This document shows positions 52,441-61,108 of a stretch of 64,000 nt of DNA, one piece after another (the first letter of the stretch is position 1; every line of letters begins with the position of its first letter). Source of the DNA: Nitrospirota bacterium (GTDB lineage: Bacteria; Nitrospirota; UBA9217). The stretch is from positions 544,001 through 608,000 of the forward strand of contig OY760142.1 in assembly GCA_963663225.1 (NCBI GenBank), in the 5' to 3' direction. The notes under the pieces are model-generated. The model was given only the letters and a program-made list of their open reading frames with translations. It ran no database searches and was not told the origin of the DNA. Made by a program: the position numbers and the translations under genes.

Positions 52441-53117
52441 ATTCCACCTTTCGGTTGCACTTTCATTTCAGCGTTCACCCGCGCCGTATACGTCATTCCG
52501 GAATCAAGCGTTAATGCAATTTCCACAATTGACGGCAGAGCATTTTTCTGCGGCCATTCATCGGACCAAGTGTCACCACCACTGTTATAGCGCACCTGAA
52601 ATGCCGTTACGCGGTCTGTTATCTGATACTCGATACCGCCTTCACCTGCGGGAACGTCTTTGCTCAACTCGCGTTTTTCCCTGCGCATCAGAACAAAACC
52701 TTTGCCGTCCGATTTTTCCTTGAAGAAGTAGCCGACTTCCCAGAGATCAGTTTCCTTCGAGTTCGCCCTGCGCCAGTTCGTCAGCGTCGTCAAAGAAAGC
52801 GAGTCATGTCGTTGCTTGTCGCTCCCGGTCATGGACTCTTCTTTCTTGCCATAGAAAATAGTCTGATTCAGCATAGCAGGATTAATGTACGCGTTTGCTA
52901 TGTCGTTTGAAATTTTAGTCAGGAGCGTGCGCGCCAAATCCGTGCTGTCGCGCCTTGCTTCCGCCTGTTCCACGTTCCGTCCTGTCGTCGAAAAAACCAT
53001 GTACACGGTTGCAAGAACAGACGTCAGGATTGCCAGCGCAAGGAGTACCTCAAGAAGCGTGAACCCGTGTTCCCTTCGGGCCGCAGAGCGAAGGCCGCAA
53101 TCCGTCTTACTTCTCAT
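52437..53117 (-). CDS. gspJ: Type II secretion minor pseudopilin J
   Basis: Prepilin site G|FTLLE, EVGY, LMRRE, W.DEW....LP..VEI.L. Confidence 0.87.
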   Translation of the reverse strand: MRSKTDCGLRSAARREHGFTLLEVLLALAILTSVLATVYMVFSTTGRNVEQAEARRDSTDLARTLLTKISNDIANAYINPAMLNQTIFYGKKEESMTGSDKQRHDSLSLTTLTNWRRANSKETDLWEVGYFFKEKSDGKGFVLMRREKRELSKDVPAGEGGIEYQITDRVTAFQVRYNSGGDTWSDEWPQKNALPSIVEIALTLDSGMTYTARVNAEMKVQPKGGI

Positions 53118-53571
53118 AGCTCACCAGTTCGACCTGCTCCTGCCGGTCACCTTCCTTCCACAGGGTTGCTACACGGATTTCCGTAATGAAGCTCCCGTTC
53201 GGAAGAGGAAACTTTGAAATTGTCCTTTTCCAGGTGTATTCCTTCAGACTTTCATCGTCCCTAAAATCACCCTCTTCTTCCAGCGGCGGCAGCAGCTTTT
53301 TTGAAACAACCAACGGCAGTGTATCGACCATCATGTTTCTTGCAAGCAGCGTCGCGGTGGTGATGTGTTCGGCCAGCAGGACGTCCTGCATGCTCCTGTT
53401 TTTCAGACCGATAAGCGTTATCAGCACCGTGGCCATGATGACTACGGCCACCATGACCTCAAGCAGGGTGAAGCCATTGCTGTTTTGTGTTCCGGCTTGA
53501 CGACTGTGGTTTTTCAGAATGTGCCTATCTTTTTTATATGACGATCCGCGTTCCGTGATGCCCGTTATCAC
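53107..53571 (-). CDS. gspI: Type II secretion minor pseudopilin I
   Basis: G|FTLLEVMVA, ATLLA, Y.WKR; GTGA overlap with gspH. Leader is unusually long. Confidence 0.85.
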   Translation of the reverse strand: MITGITERGSSYKKDRHILKNHSRQAGTQNSNGFTLLEVMVAVVIMATVLITLIGLKNRSMQDVLLAEHITTATLLARNMMVDTLPLVVSKKLLPPLEEEGDFRDDESLKEYTWKRTISKFPLPNGSFITEIRVATLWKEGDRQEQVELVSYEK

Positions 53572-54113
53572 CGCTCTTCCTCATATCCTTCTCGCAGTTC
53601 TGTAGCGCCGGTAAGAGAATTCACCCACAGGGTAAAATCCTTATTGGAGCCGTCGCGGAGATGAATAGCGGCCCGCTCCACCCAGCCGTCCGGAGTGAAC
53701 AGGATGTACGGATCTTCGGGGTGTCCGGCAACGCGCACATCCTTGAACGTCGTGCTGCCCGAGAGGCTGTCCTCGCCCGCCATCACCGTGTGGTACCGCC
53801 TGAATTCCATGGTGTTGCTGCCCGTCAGAGCCAGCACTTCCGGCCAATAGTGCCCGCCCTGAATATCAAAGCGGAGGCGATATACCGCTTTTTTTGCCTG
53901 CGCATCATCCTTCAGAAAGCGAATCACGCCGGTAAGATGCCGCGCGCTCCGCTTCAGGTTGGCTTCGCCGATCTCACCCAGCTTCGGAATGACAAAAGAC
54001 AGCACCACTCCCAGCACAAGGATGACGACCAGAAGTTCGACAAGCGTGAACCCTCTCGGTTGCAGACTGTGGATCTCTGATTCCGGACTATGCCGCTTCT
54101 CCGTGTTCCGCAT
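53568..54113 (-). CDS. gspH: Type II secretion minor pseudopilin H
   Basis: G|FTLVELLVV, F.PDG, LTG pattern; follows gspG. Confidence 0.85.
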   Translation of the reverse strand: MRNTEKRHSPESEIHSLQPRGFTLVELLVVILVLGVVLSFVIPKLGEIGEANLKRSARHLTGVIRFLKDDAQAKKAVYRLRFDIQGGHYWPEVLALTGSNTMEFRRYHTVMAGEDSLSGSTTFKDVRVAGHPEDPYILFTPDGWVERAAIHLRDGSNKDFTLWVNSLTGATELREGYEEER

Positions 54114-54128
54114 TCCGCAACCCGCGTG

Positions 54129-54575
54129 TTACTCCATTTTCCAACTCTGTATGTCGGCGTTATTGCCTTCTCCGCCGGGTTCCTTGTCAGCTCCATACGA
54201 AACAATCTCATACTCTCTGTTTTCGCTTCCCGGGGAAATGTAGACATACTCCTTATCCCAAGGGTCCTTCGGAATGCGGGCGGGCTTGAGATATCCGCCG
54301 TCCCTCCACTTGCCGGGAACGCGGCCGGTTTCAGGTTTTTTAATCAGCGCGTCAAGCCCCTGGTCCGTGGTCGGATAAAAACCGTTGTCGAGTTTATACG
54401 AATCCAGCGCCTGCTCAAGGGAGCGTATCTGGGTCTTCGCCACTTCTCTTTTCGCCTTCTCCTCCTGCCCCAGAAACTTCGGGAGTACCAGACCCGCGAG
54501 AAGCCCGAGAATAATAATGACGACCATGATTTCAATAAGAGTGAAACCTTCTTGCCATTTCCTGTTCATATGCAT
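54129..54575 (-). CDS. gspG: Type II secretion major pseudopilin G
   Basis: G|FTLIEIMVV, YKLDNG.YPTTDQGL.AL, DPW..Y.Y, SYGAD...GGEG..ADI; SD AAGGAG. Confidence 0.96.
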   Translation of the reverse strand: MHMNRKWQEGFTLIEIMVVIIILGLLAGLVLPKFLGQEEKAKREVAKTQIRSLEQALDSYKLDNGFYPTTDQGLDALIKKPETGRVPGKWRDGGYLKPARIPKDPWDKEYVYISPGSENREYEIVSYGADKEPGGEGNNADIQSWKME

Positions 54576-54615
54576 TCTCCTTTTCTGAATACCGTAGCCG
54601 ATCCCGTTTGGAACG

Positions 54616-55836
54616 CTACCGCACTCCCGAGCTCATTTCGAGCATCGGCAGCATGATCGCTATCACCACAAACCCGATGACCAGTCCCATTGCCAGAATA
54701 ATAACCGGCTCCATGAGGGCCATCAGCCCCGTGATGCGCGTTTCGACGGTCCGGTCGAAAGAGTCCGATATTTTGAGCAGCATCTTTTCGAGTTCGCCGC
54801 TCTTTTCCCCGACCGCCACCATCTGCACGACAACCGGGGGAAACAATCCGCTTCTGCGGAGGGGATCGGCAATGGGCTCGCCTTCACGCACATTCTCCCG
54901 CGCCTTCTGGACGGCGTTCGCGAGAACGCTGTTTCCGACCACGCTCTTGACGATATCAAGTGCGGTAAGCGCAGGAACCCCGCTCTGGAGCAGTGTTCCA
55001 AGGGTCCGGGTGAACCGCGACACCGCGATCATCCTGATGAGCCCGCCGAACACCGGCAGCCGGAGCAGGCGTGCGTCCAGCATCTCCCGCCCGGCCGGGG
55101 TATTGATATGTTTCTTTGCGTAGTAAACCGCCGCCCCCAGCGCGATCAGGATCGCCCACCAGTACGACGAAACAAACCGAACGGTAGTCAGCAGCATGAT
55201 CGTGATGAACGGCAGCTGCTGCTTCATGTCCTCGAACATGCCGACCACGCGCGGCATTACGAAGCTGAAAATAAAGAACAGCATGCCGATGCCGATTACT
55301 GTCATGAAGGCCGGATAAGCCAGTGCGGCCAGAATTTTTCCTCGGAACCTGACCTGCTCGTCAAGAAAATCGGAAAGCCTGTCGAGCGTAATTTCGAGTG
55401 TCCCGCTCGCCTCGCCTGCCGAGACCATGTTGATATACAGCTGCGAAAACGCCTTCGGGTTCGCCTTGAGCGAATCTGCAAGCGATGCGCCCTCCCGCAC
55501 GCTGTCGCGAACCGACGACAGTGCCCCTTTCAGCGCTTTAGATTCTTCCTGCTCCACAAGCACCGACAGCGCTTCCATCAGGGGCAGTCCGGACGACAGC
55601 AGCGTGGCGAGCTGCCGCGTTGCGTTCGCAAGATCGACAAGTTTCACCCGGTTCCCGAAGCTGAACGAAACCGTGCCGCGCCGTGCGGCGCGCGCCGCCG
55701 ATCCTTCGCTGATTTCCAGGACGACAACGCCCTCTTTTTTCAGCCGTGTTTTGACGGCTTTCAGGCTTTCTCCGTCCTGGGAGCCGGAAACTTTTTTCCC
55801 CTGGGCGGTAACGCCCTTGTATTCATAAACAGGCAT
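54616..55836 (-). CDS. gspF: Type II secretion inner-membrane platform protein F
   Basis: RQLATLL..G.PL, AGEASGTL, ALAYP, RFTRTLGTLL, VGEKSGELE, EP. Start set at MPVYEY. Confidence 0.95.
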   Translation of the reverse strand: MPVYEYKGVTAQGKKVSGSQDGESLKAVKTRLKKEGVVVLEISEGSAARAARRGTVSFSFGNRVKLVDLANATRQLATLLSSGLPLMEALSVLVEQEESKALKGALSSVRDSVREGASLADSLKANPKAFSQLYINMVSAGEASGTLEITLDRLSDFLDEQVRFRGKILAALAYPAFMTVIGIGMLFFIFSFVMPRVVGMFEDMKQQLPFITIMLLTTVRFVSSYWWAILIALGAAVYYAKKHINTPAGREMLDARLLRLPVFGGLIRMIAVSRFTRTLGTLLQSGVPALTALDIVKSVVGNSVLANAVQKARENVREGEPIADPLRRSGLFPPVVVQMVAVGEKSGELEKMLLKISDSFDRTVETRITGLMALMEPVIILAMGLVIGFVVIAIMLPMLEMSSGVR

Positions 55837-55887
55837 GGTTGCAATACCGAACACAGAATGCCGGGCAGGCTCGATTCCGGTTTCCGG

Positions 55888-57573
55888 CTACGATTCCTTC
55901 TGCGTCACGCGCACCACTTCTTCGACAGACGTGATCCCTTTCAGAATTTTGTCGGCGCCATCCTGCCGCAGCGTGGTCATTCCCTTTTCCATGGCCGCCG
56001 CCTTTATGGTGGATGCGTCGGCGCTCTTCATGATCAGCTGCCGGATGTCATCATCCACGCTCAGCAATTCATAGATTGCGGTGCGTCCGAGATACCCGGT
56101 CTTAAAGCAGGCGTCACAGCCCCGGGCTCGGTACACGGTCATGTTTTCGGTCTTTCCTTTGATCTCCAGTTCGCTGATCTCGTCCTGCGTAAGCTGGTAC
56201 GGTTCCCTGCATTCCTTGCACAGGACGCGCACCAGACGCTGGGCAAGAATGGCCATGACCGACGAGGAAATCAGGAACGGTTCGATTTTCATATCGATCA
56301 GTCTCGTTATCGCGCCGGCAGCATCATTCGTATGCAGCGTGGAAAAAACCAGGTGGCCGGTCAGGGCAGCCTGGATCGCGATTTCAGCGGTTTCCGAATC
56401 ACGGATCTCGCCCACCAGAATGACATCAGGGTCCTGCCGGAGCACGGAGCGAAGCCCGGCCGCAAACGTCAGCTGAATCTTGGAGTTCACCTGGATCTGT
56501 CCGATGCCTTTCAGCTGATATTCGATAGGGTCTTCGATGGTTATGATGTTCTTGTCCGGGGAGTTTATTTTTGAAAGTGACGCGTACAGGGTCGTGGTCT
56601 TGCCGCTGCCCGTGGGACCGGTCACCAGAATAATGCCGTGGGGCCGCTCAATAAAACCGTTGAACGCCGTCAGCGTGCTCCCGGCAAAACCGATCTGATC
56701 GAGGGGAAGCAAGGCGCTCTCGCGATACAGGAGCCGCAGCACAATGCGCTCCCCGAAGGCGGTCGGCACGATCGAGACCCGGATGTCCACGTCTTTGCCT
56801 GCGATCTTGATCCGCATGCCGCCGTCCTGCGGCAGGCGTTTCTCGGCTATGTTCAGGCCGGACATGATCTTGACACGCGATGCGATGCTTGCCTGAAACC
56901 GCTTCTGAATCGTAAGAATATTGTACAGAATGCCGTCGATGCGGAAGCGGGCGACCATTTCCTTTTCGAAAGGTTCGATGTGGATGTCGCTTGCCCGTTC
57001 GCGGATTGCCTGCGACAGAAGCGAGTTCACGAGGCGGATGATCGGCGCGTCATCGGTGACTTCGAGCAGGTCGGTGGGCTCGTCCAACTCCGCGGCCAGG
57101 AACGACAGGTCTTCTTCCTCCATTTCCTGCACCGTGTCCTCGGCTTTGTTCATGCCTTCGCTATGGAGGCGGTTGAGCGTGTCGAAAATTTTCTCGGTGG
57201 GGGCAAGGCAGAGTGAAATGTCGCTGCCGAAAAGCACGGCCAGATCATCGATCACCGAAAGATTCAGCGGTTCCGAGGTAGCAGCAAGGATGGTGCCGTC
57301 TTCTCTGCGGAGCGGAAGCACAATCGCCTTTTTAGCATAGGTGATCGGCAGCCTGAGCGCCAGTTCCCGGTCGATTTCACCCAGTTCAGTCAGAAACGGC
57401 AGCCCCAACTGCGTGCTGAGCGCCCTGAGAACCTCCTCTTCGTTTACCGCGTTCAACCGCATGAGAAGAGTGCCGATCCGGCCGCCGCGCTTTTTCTGAT
57501 GATCGAGCGCTTTTTTGAGGCGGTCCGGCGCCAGTCCGGACTCAACGAGTATATCGCCGAGCAGGCGTTTCAC
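55888..57573 (-). CDS. gspE: Type II secretion ATPase E with an MshEN-like N-terminus
   Basis: ASDIHIEP, RLPQDG, Walker A GPTGSGKT, EDPIE, RQDPD, GHLVFSTLH, CxxC...CxxC. Confidence 0.96.
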   Translation of the reverse strand: MKRLLGDILVESGLAPDRLKKALDHQKKRGGRIGTLLMRLNAVNEEEVLRALSTQLGLPFLTELGEIDRELALRLPITYAKKAIVLPLRREDGTILAATSEPLNLSVIDDLAVLFGSDISLCLAPTEKIFDTLNRLHSEGMNKAEDTVQEMEEEDLSFLAAELDEPTDLLEVTDDAPIIRLVNSLLSQAIRERASDIHIEPFEKEMVARFRIDGILYNILTIQKRFQASIASRVKIMSGLNIAEKRLPQDGGMRIKIAGKDVDIRVSIVPTAFGERIVLRLLYRESALLPLDQIGFAGSTLTAFNGFIERPHGIILVTGPTGSGKTTTLYASLSKINSPDKNIITIEDPIEYQLKGIGQIQVNSKIQLTFAAGLRSVLRQDPDVILVGEIRDSETAEIAIQAALTGHLVFSTLHTNDAAGAITRLIDMKIEPFLISSSVMAILAQRLVRVLCKECREPYQLTQDEISELEIKGKTENMTVYRARGCDACFKTGYLGRTAIYELLSVDDDIRQLIMKSADASTIKAAAMEKGMTTLRQDGADKILKGITSVEEVVRVTQKES

Positions 57574-59837
57574 CTCTCACGCTCCCTGGGAGCGTTCTGG
57601 GCTGTGCCGGTAGGAGAAGAGGCCGGCGCGCCAACGGCATCCTGCATCGATGGGGTGTAGGTGACAGGCGCTTTTGAGGCAGGGCCGTCCGCCGGTATTC
57701 TTGTAGTTGCGGTGGGGGCCGTCTGAAGCACACGCCCCCCCCCTGTCTCAGGTGAATACGTAGCAGTGGATGTTTGAACAGAACTGCCTCCTGCCGCACC
57801 CGACGTCGCGGTAGGAGCAGTCTTCAGCATGTTTTCATCGGTTTTCTTGGGAAGAGTACCGGTCGGCGCAGAGAGAACAGCCCGATCACCGTCTTTCGTT
57901 GCCGCGGTGCCCGTGGCAGAAGATTTCAGTGCATCGTTATTGGTAGCGTCCCCGCCTGTTCCGGTCGGCGCTGTCCGTTGAGACTCTCCAGCCGGAGTCT
58001 CTTCAAGCACTTCAGCGTCCTCGTCTTCATCTTCGCCTTGCTCATCTGTAGCAGCAGGCGCGGATGGCTGCTCCAATGTCTCGGCAGGCTTCTGCAGAGC
58101 AGGCTCCACGTTTTTCTTTTCAATGCGGTACTCCTTGCGGAAGTCTTCCTGCGCTTCGCCTTTTTTCTTCGTCAGATCGCCGGCGTCCCCTTCATTCTTA
58201 ATAATATACGGCGTGATGAAAATCATGAGGTTTGTCTTTTCGACGGACGTAGACTTCGATTTAAAGAGCCAGCCGAGCACCGGGATGTCTCCGAGAAATG
58301 GAACCTTGGAGACGGTAGAGGTAACGTTGTCCTTGATCAGCCCGCCGATGACCATGGTCTGCCGGTCCTTTACCACGACCGTGGTGCTTGCCGAACGCTT
58401 GCTGGTGCTGGGGCCGACCGTGTTCACATTCAGTCCGGAGGGCGAGTCAATAATTGCGGAAATTTCCTGATAGATATCGAGCCGAACGTTGTCGTCGGAA
58501 GTGATCTGCGGAGTCAGCTTCAACGTAACCCCGACGTCTTTCCGCTCCACGGAGGTCAGGATCGCCGTGCTGCTCGTCGTCGCGTTCTGCGTCTGGCCGG
58601 TGATGAACGGAATATTTTCTCCCACCATGATCTCGGCCTTCTGATTGTCCGTGGTAAGAAGATTCGGGGTGGAAAGCACGTTTACATCGCTGTCGCTCTG
58701 GAGCGCATGGATCAGCGCACCGATATTCAAAAATTCAGTGCCGTTATACGTGAAGACCCCCTTGACGGCTGCAAGGGTGAGTCCTTCCAGATTGGCAAGT
58801 CCGGCAGGCCCGTTCGCGATAAGGCTCGCTATGTTGCCGAAATTCGTCCCCCCGAGCGCGCTGGTCGTCCCGCTGTTGACGCGGTTGAACGACTGAAATT
58901 CGAATCCGATCTCTCGGGATTTTGACAGGCTCATCTCGATAATCGCGGCCTCGACATACACCTGTCTCCGCCGGATATCCAGTTTCTGGATCACGTCTTT
59001 CATGGTCTCATAGTCGCCAGGCGAACCCACAATGATAAGCGAGTTGGTCGCCTTGTCCGCGGTAATGGTAACAGCCCCTTCAAGCAGCGTGGTTGCCCCA
59101 ACCTGGGCCGTTCCTCCCGTTTGCGTGGCCGGCAGCTTTGAAACAAGCCCCTGCATCAGTTTGGCAATGTCTTCCGCGTTCCCGTTTTTCAGATAATAGA
59201 CATTGATTTTCCCTTTTCCTTCCGGTGCCGGCACATCCAGCGCATTCAAAAGCGTCTCGATTTTCCGGATATTGGAGACTGAATCGGTGAGAATGACCGA
59301 ATTCGTGGTCGGATAGGCAATCAAATTTCCGTCCTTGGTCAGAAGCGGCGTTATCGTCCGCACAATCTCCTGGGGATTGACGTAATTCATCCGGATAAGC
59401 TTGGTGACGAATCCTTCACCGCGTATGTTGTCGTCCTTGAACACCTTGAGCCCGCTCTGGCGTGCTGTCGCCGTGGGTATGATGCGGATAACCTTGCCGT
59501 CCTCCACTGCGGTAAAACCTTTGATTTCGAGGGCCGAAAGGAACACCTGGTACGCCTCGTCCGGCGATATTCTGGTGGGGGTCATGAGGGTGATCTTGCC
59601 GGCAATGCGCTCATCCAGAATGAAGTTTCTCCGTGTCAGTTCGCTCATCACTTTGACCAGGGCATTGATCTCGACATTCGTGAAATTAAGCGTAACGTAA
59701 TTATCGGCGGATTTTATCTTCTGAATGTCAATCTGCTCTGAAGGTGCAGGGGTTGGCTTGGGGGGAGGTGTCTGGGCAGAAACGTCTGCCGCGATTATAA
59801 ACCCTATAAGAAACAGCAGGGCGGCCGATTTTCTCAC
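57570..59837 (-). CDS. gspD: Type II secretion secretin D with a C-terminal repeat tail
   Basis: N0 (VTLNF...NFILD), two KH-like N-domains, QVYVEAAIIE, DVGVTLKLTPQI, KVPFLGDIPVLGWLFKS, NLMIFITP.II, then a low-complexity tail of about 190 aa. Confidence 0.95.
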   Translation of the reverse strand: MRKSAALLFLIGFIIAADVSAQTPPPKPTPAPSEQIDIQKIKSADNYVTLNFTNVEINALVKVMSELTRRNFILDERIAGKITLMTPTRISPDEAYQVFLSALEIKGFTAVEDGKVIRIIPTATARQSGLKVFKDDNIRGEGFVTKLIRMNYVNPQEIVRTITPLLTKDGNLIAYPTTNSVILTDSVSNIRKIETLLNALDVPAPEGKGKINVYYLKNGNAEDIAKLMQGLVSKLPATQTGGTAQVGATTLLEGAVTITADKATNSLIIVGSPGDYETMKDVIQKLDIRRRQVYVEAAIIEMSLSKSREIGFEFQSFNRVNSGTTSALGGTNFGNIASLIANGPAGLANLEGLTLAAVKGVFTYNGTEFLNIGALIHALQSDSDVNVLSTPNLLTTDNQKAEIMVGENIPFITGQTQNATTSSTAILTSVERKDVGVTLKLTPQITSDDNVRLDIYQEISAIIDSPSGLNVNTVGPSTSKRSASTTVVVKDRQTMVIGGLIKDNVTSTVSKVPFLGDIPVLGWLFKSKSTSVEKTNLMIFITPYIIKNEGDAGDLTKKKGEAQEDFRKEYRIEKKNVEPALQKPAETLEQPSAPAATDEQGEDEDEDAEVLEETPAGESQRTAPTGTGGDATNNDALKSSATGTAATKDGDRAVLSAPTGTLPKKTDENMLKTAPTATSGAAGGSSVQTSTATYSPETGGGRVLQTAPTATTRIPADGPASKAPVTYTPSMQDAVGAPASSPTGTAQNAPRERER
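57600..57986 (-). repeat. Eight degenerate ~17-aa repeats with a T-x-T core in the GspD C-terminal tail
   Basis: Cores TAPTGT, SSATGT, SAPTGT, TAPTAT, TSTAT, TAPTAT, APVTYT, SSPTGT; T-x-T starts are spaced 17,17,17,15,18,17,17 aa. Confidence 0.8.
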
Positions 59838-59992
59838 AATAGAGCCTCCAAAATCACATTCTCAAACTTCATAATAAAAACCACATAGGGAATAATAGCG
59901 GTTGTAATAGCCTGTACCTGAAATTTTGGATTAGGGATTTGTTCCTGGTTTCTAATGAATGAACATCTGCTCCGGATACCATCGGCAAATAT

Positions 59993-60820
59993 TCAGCGGA
60001 TCTCATAATTCAATGTTTGCCGCTGGCCGCCCCGCACCACATCGATCGTAATGTTCCGTTCGTTCTTCAGTCCCTGGTAAAGCTGGAAAAACTTCGCGGG
60101 ATCGTCCACATCCTGAGAGTTGACGCTCCGTATTACGTCGCCGTTCTGAAGTCCGATTTTTTCGTAGATGCTGCCGGGTACTATTTCGCTCAGACGGAAT
60201 CCCACCGTCTTGCCGTTTTCCAGATACGGCAATGCCCGCGCCTGCGTCAGGATCTGGCTCATGTTCTCGGTGCTCGCAGCCACTTCCTTCTGATCGACCG
60301 CCCACTTGCCTTCAGAAAGTTTTTTTACGCTGGTTTTGGATGCAATCGGGTTTTGAACATTGACGATCTTGGTGTCATCTGCAACCTGGACGTCCATTAC
60401 AGAGCCGTCAGCCCGTTTAATCGTTATTTTATCCCGCATTACCTTGATGATCACGGAACCGTCCGGAAGCTTTTGGTTGATGCGGTAAAAAACCTGTTCG
60501 CCGGCATCTTCAAGCACCGCGCCCGCGAAGCTCTGCCCTTCCACCGTCCCGATCAGGCGATACGACGATGATGCAGCCGCGGGTCCGCTTGATGGCCCCC
60601 TGCCCTCACCGAACAGCCCCCGATCCAGAATCGAGGAATACTCGCTCAGCTCGCGCCGCGGTTCCAATGCGGGACGTGCGCGCTCCTGTGACGCGGAAAA
60701 CTTGGGGGAAGCCTCAAGGGTCCGTCCGATCAGGGAATCGACAATGTCGGCTGCAAAATATGCCGAAACGGTCAACAACGCCGCAAGGGTCAGCGTATAT
60801 GTTGTTTTATTCTCTTTCAT
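59993..60820 (-). CDS. gspC: Type II secretion protein C (HR + PDZ domains)
   Basis: TM, L.GTV HR domain, QARALP...GFRL..I.PGS.YEKIGLQNGD PDZ domain. Confidence 0.92.
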   Translation of the reverse strand: MKENKTTYTLTLAALLTVSAYFAADIVDSLIGRTLEASPKFSASQERARPALEPRRELSEYSSILDRGLFGEGRGPSSGPAAASSSYRLIGTVEGQSFAGAVLEDAGEQVFYRINQKLPDGSVIIKVMRDKITIKRADGSVMDVQVADDTKIVNVQNPIASKTSVKKLSEGKWAVDQKEVAASTENMSQILTQARALPYLENGKTVGFRLSEIVPGSIYEKIGLQNGDVIRSVNSQDVDDPAKFFQLYQGLKNERNITIDVVRGGQRQTLNYEIR

Positions 60821-60844
60821 ATTTTATTGTTATTTTGATAAAAA

Positions 60845-60873
60845 ATTATACTCTCAACCATATTTATTGTCAA
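60845..60873 (-). promoter_or_regulatory. Perfect-consensus sigma70 promoter of the gsp operon
   Basis: TTGACA-N17-TATAAT, ending 24 nt upstream of the gspC ATG. Confidence 0.85.
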
Positions 60874-61000
60874 TTAGGAACAGCGCAATGTTTTTTATAC
60901 TTTAGTTGCTATGCAGCAGGTAAAGAGCCACTCCGGCCAACTTATGTTTTATTATCTCGAACGCACGGAAACGACTGATCCGCGCGCGAAACTAAGCATA

Positions 61001-61074
61001 ATAAATAAAACAGCCTTGAGGAGTTTTGTCAAGAAAACCGAAACAATGGTTTCGTTGAAACTCTCCTCAAGGCT
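61001..61074 (-). terminator. Long stem-loop, probable terminator after the lipoprotein hydrolase
   Basis: AGCCTTGAGGAG (61012-61023) pairs with CTCCTCAAGGCT (61063-61074); inner CGAAAC/GTTTCG stem; followed by GTTTTATTTAT on the minus strand. Confidence 0.65.
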
Positions 61075-61108
61075 ATGAAGTTTATAACACCTTATTGATT
61101 ATCATCTG

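Noticed and set aside
55108-58925. Long plus-strand ORFs (488 aa at 55108-56574, 383 aa at 57774-58925) antisense to gspF/E/D
   Set aside because: Antisense shadows of GC-rich genes with no recognisable protein features.
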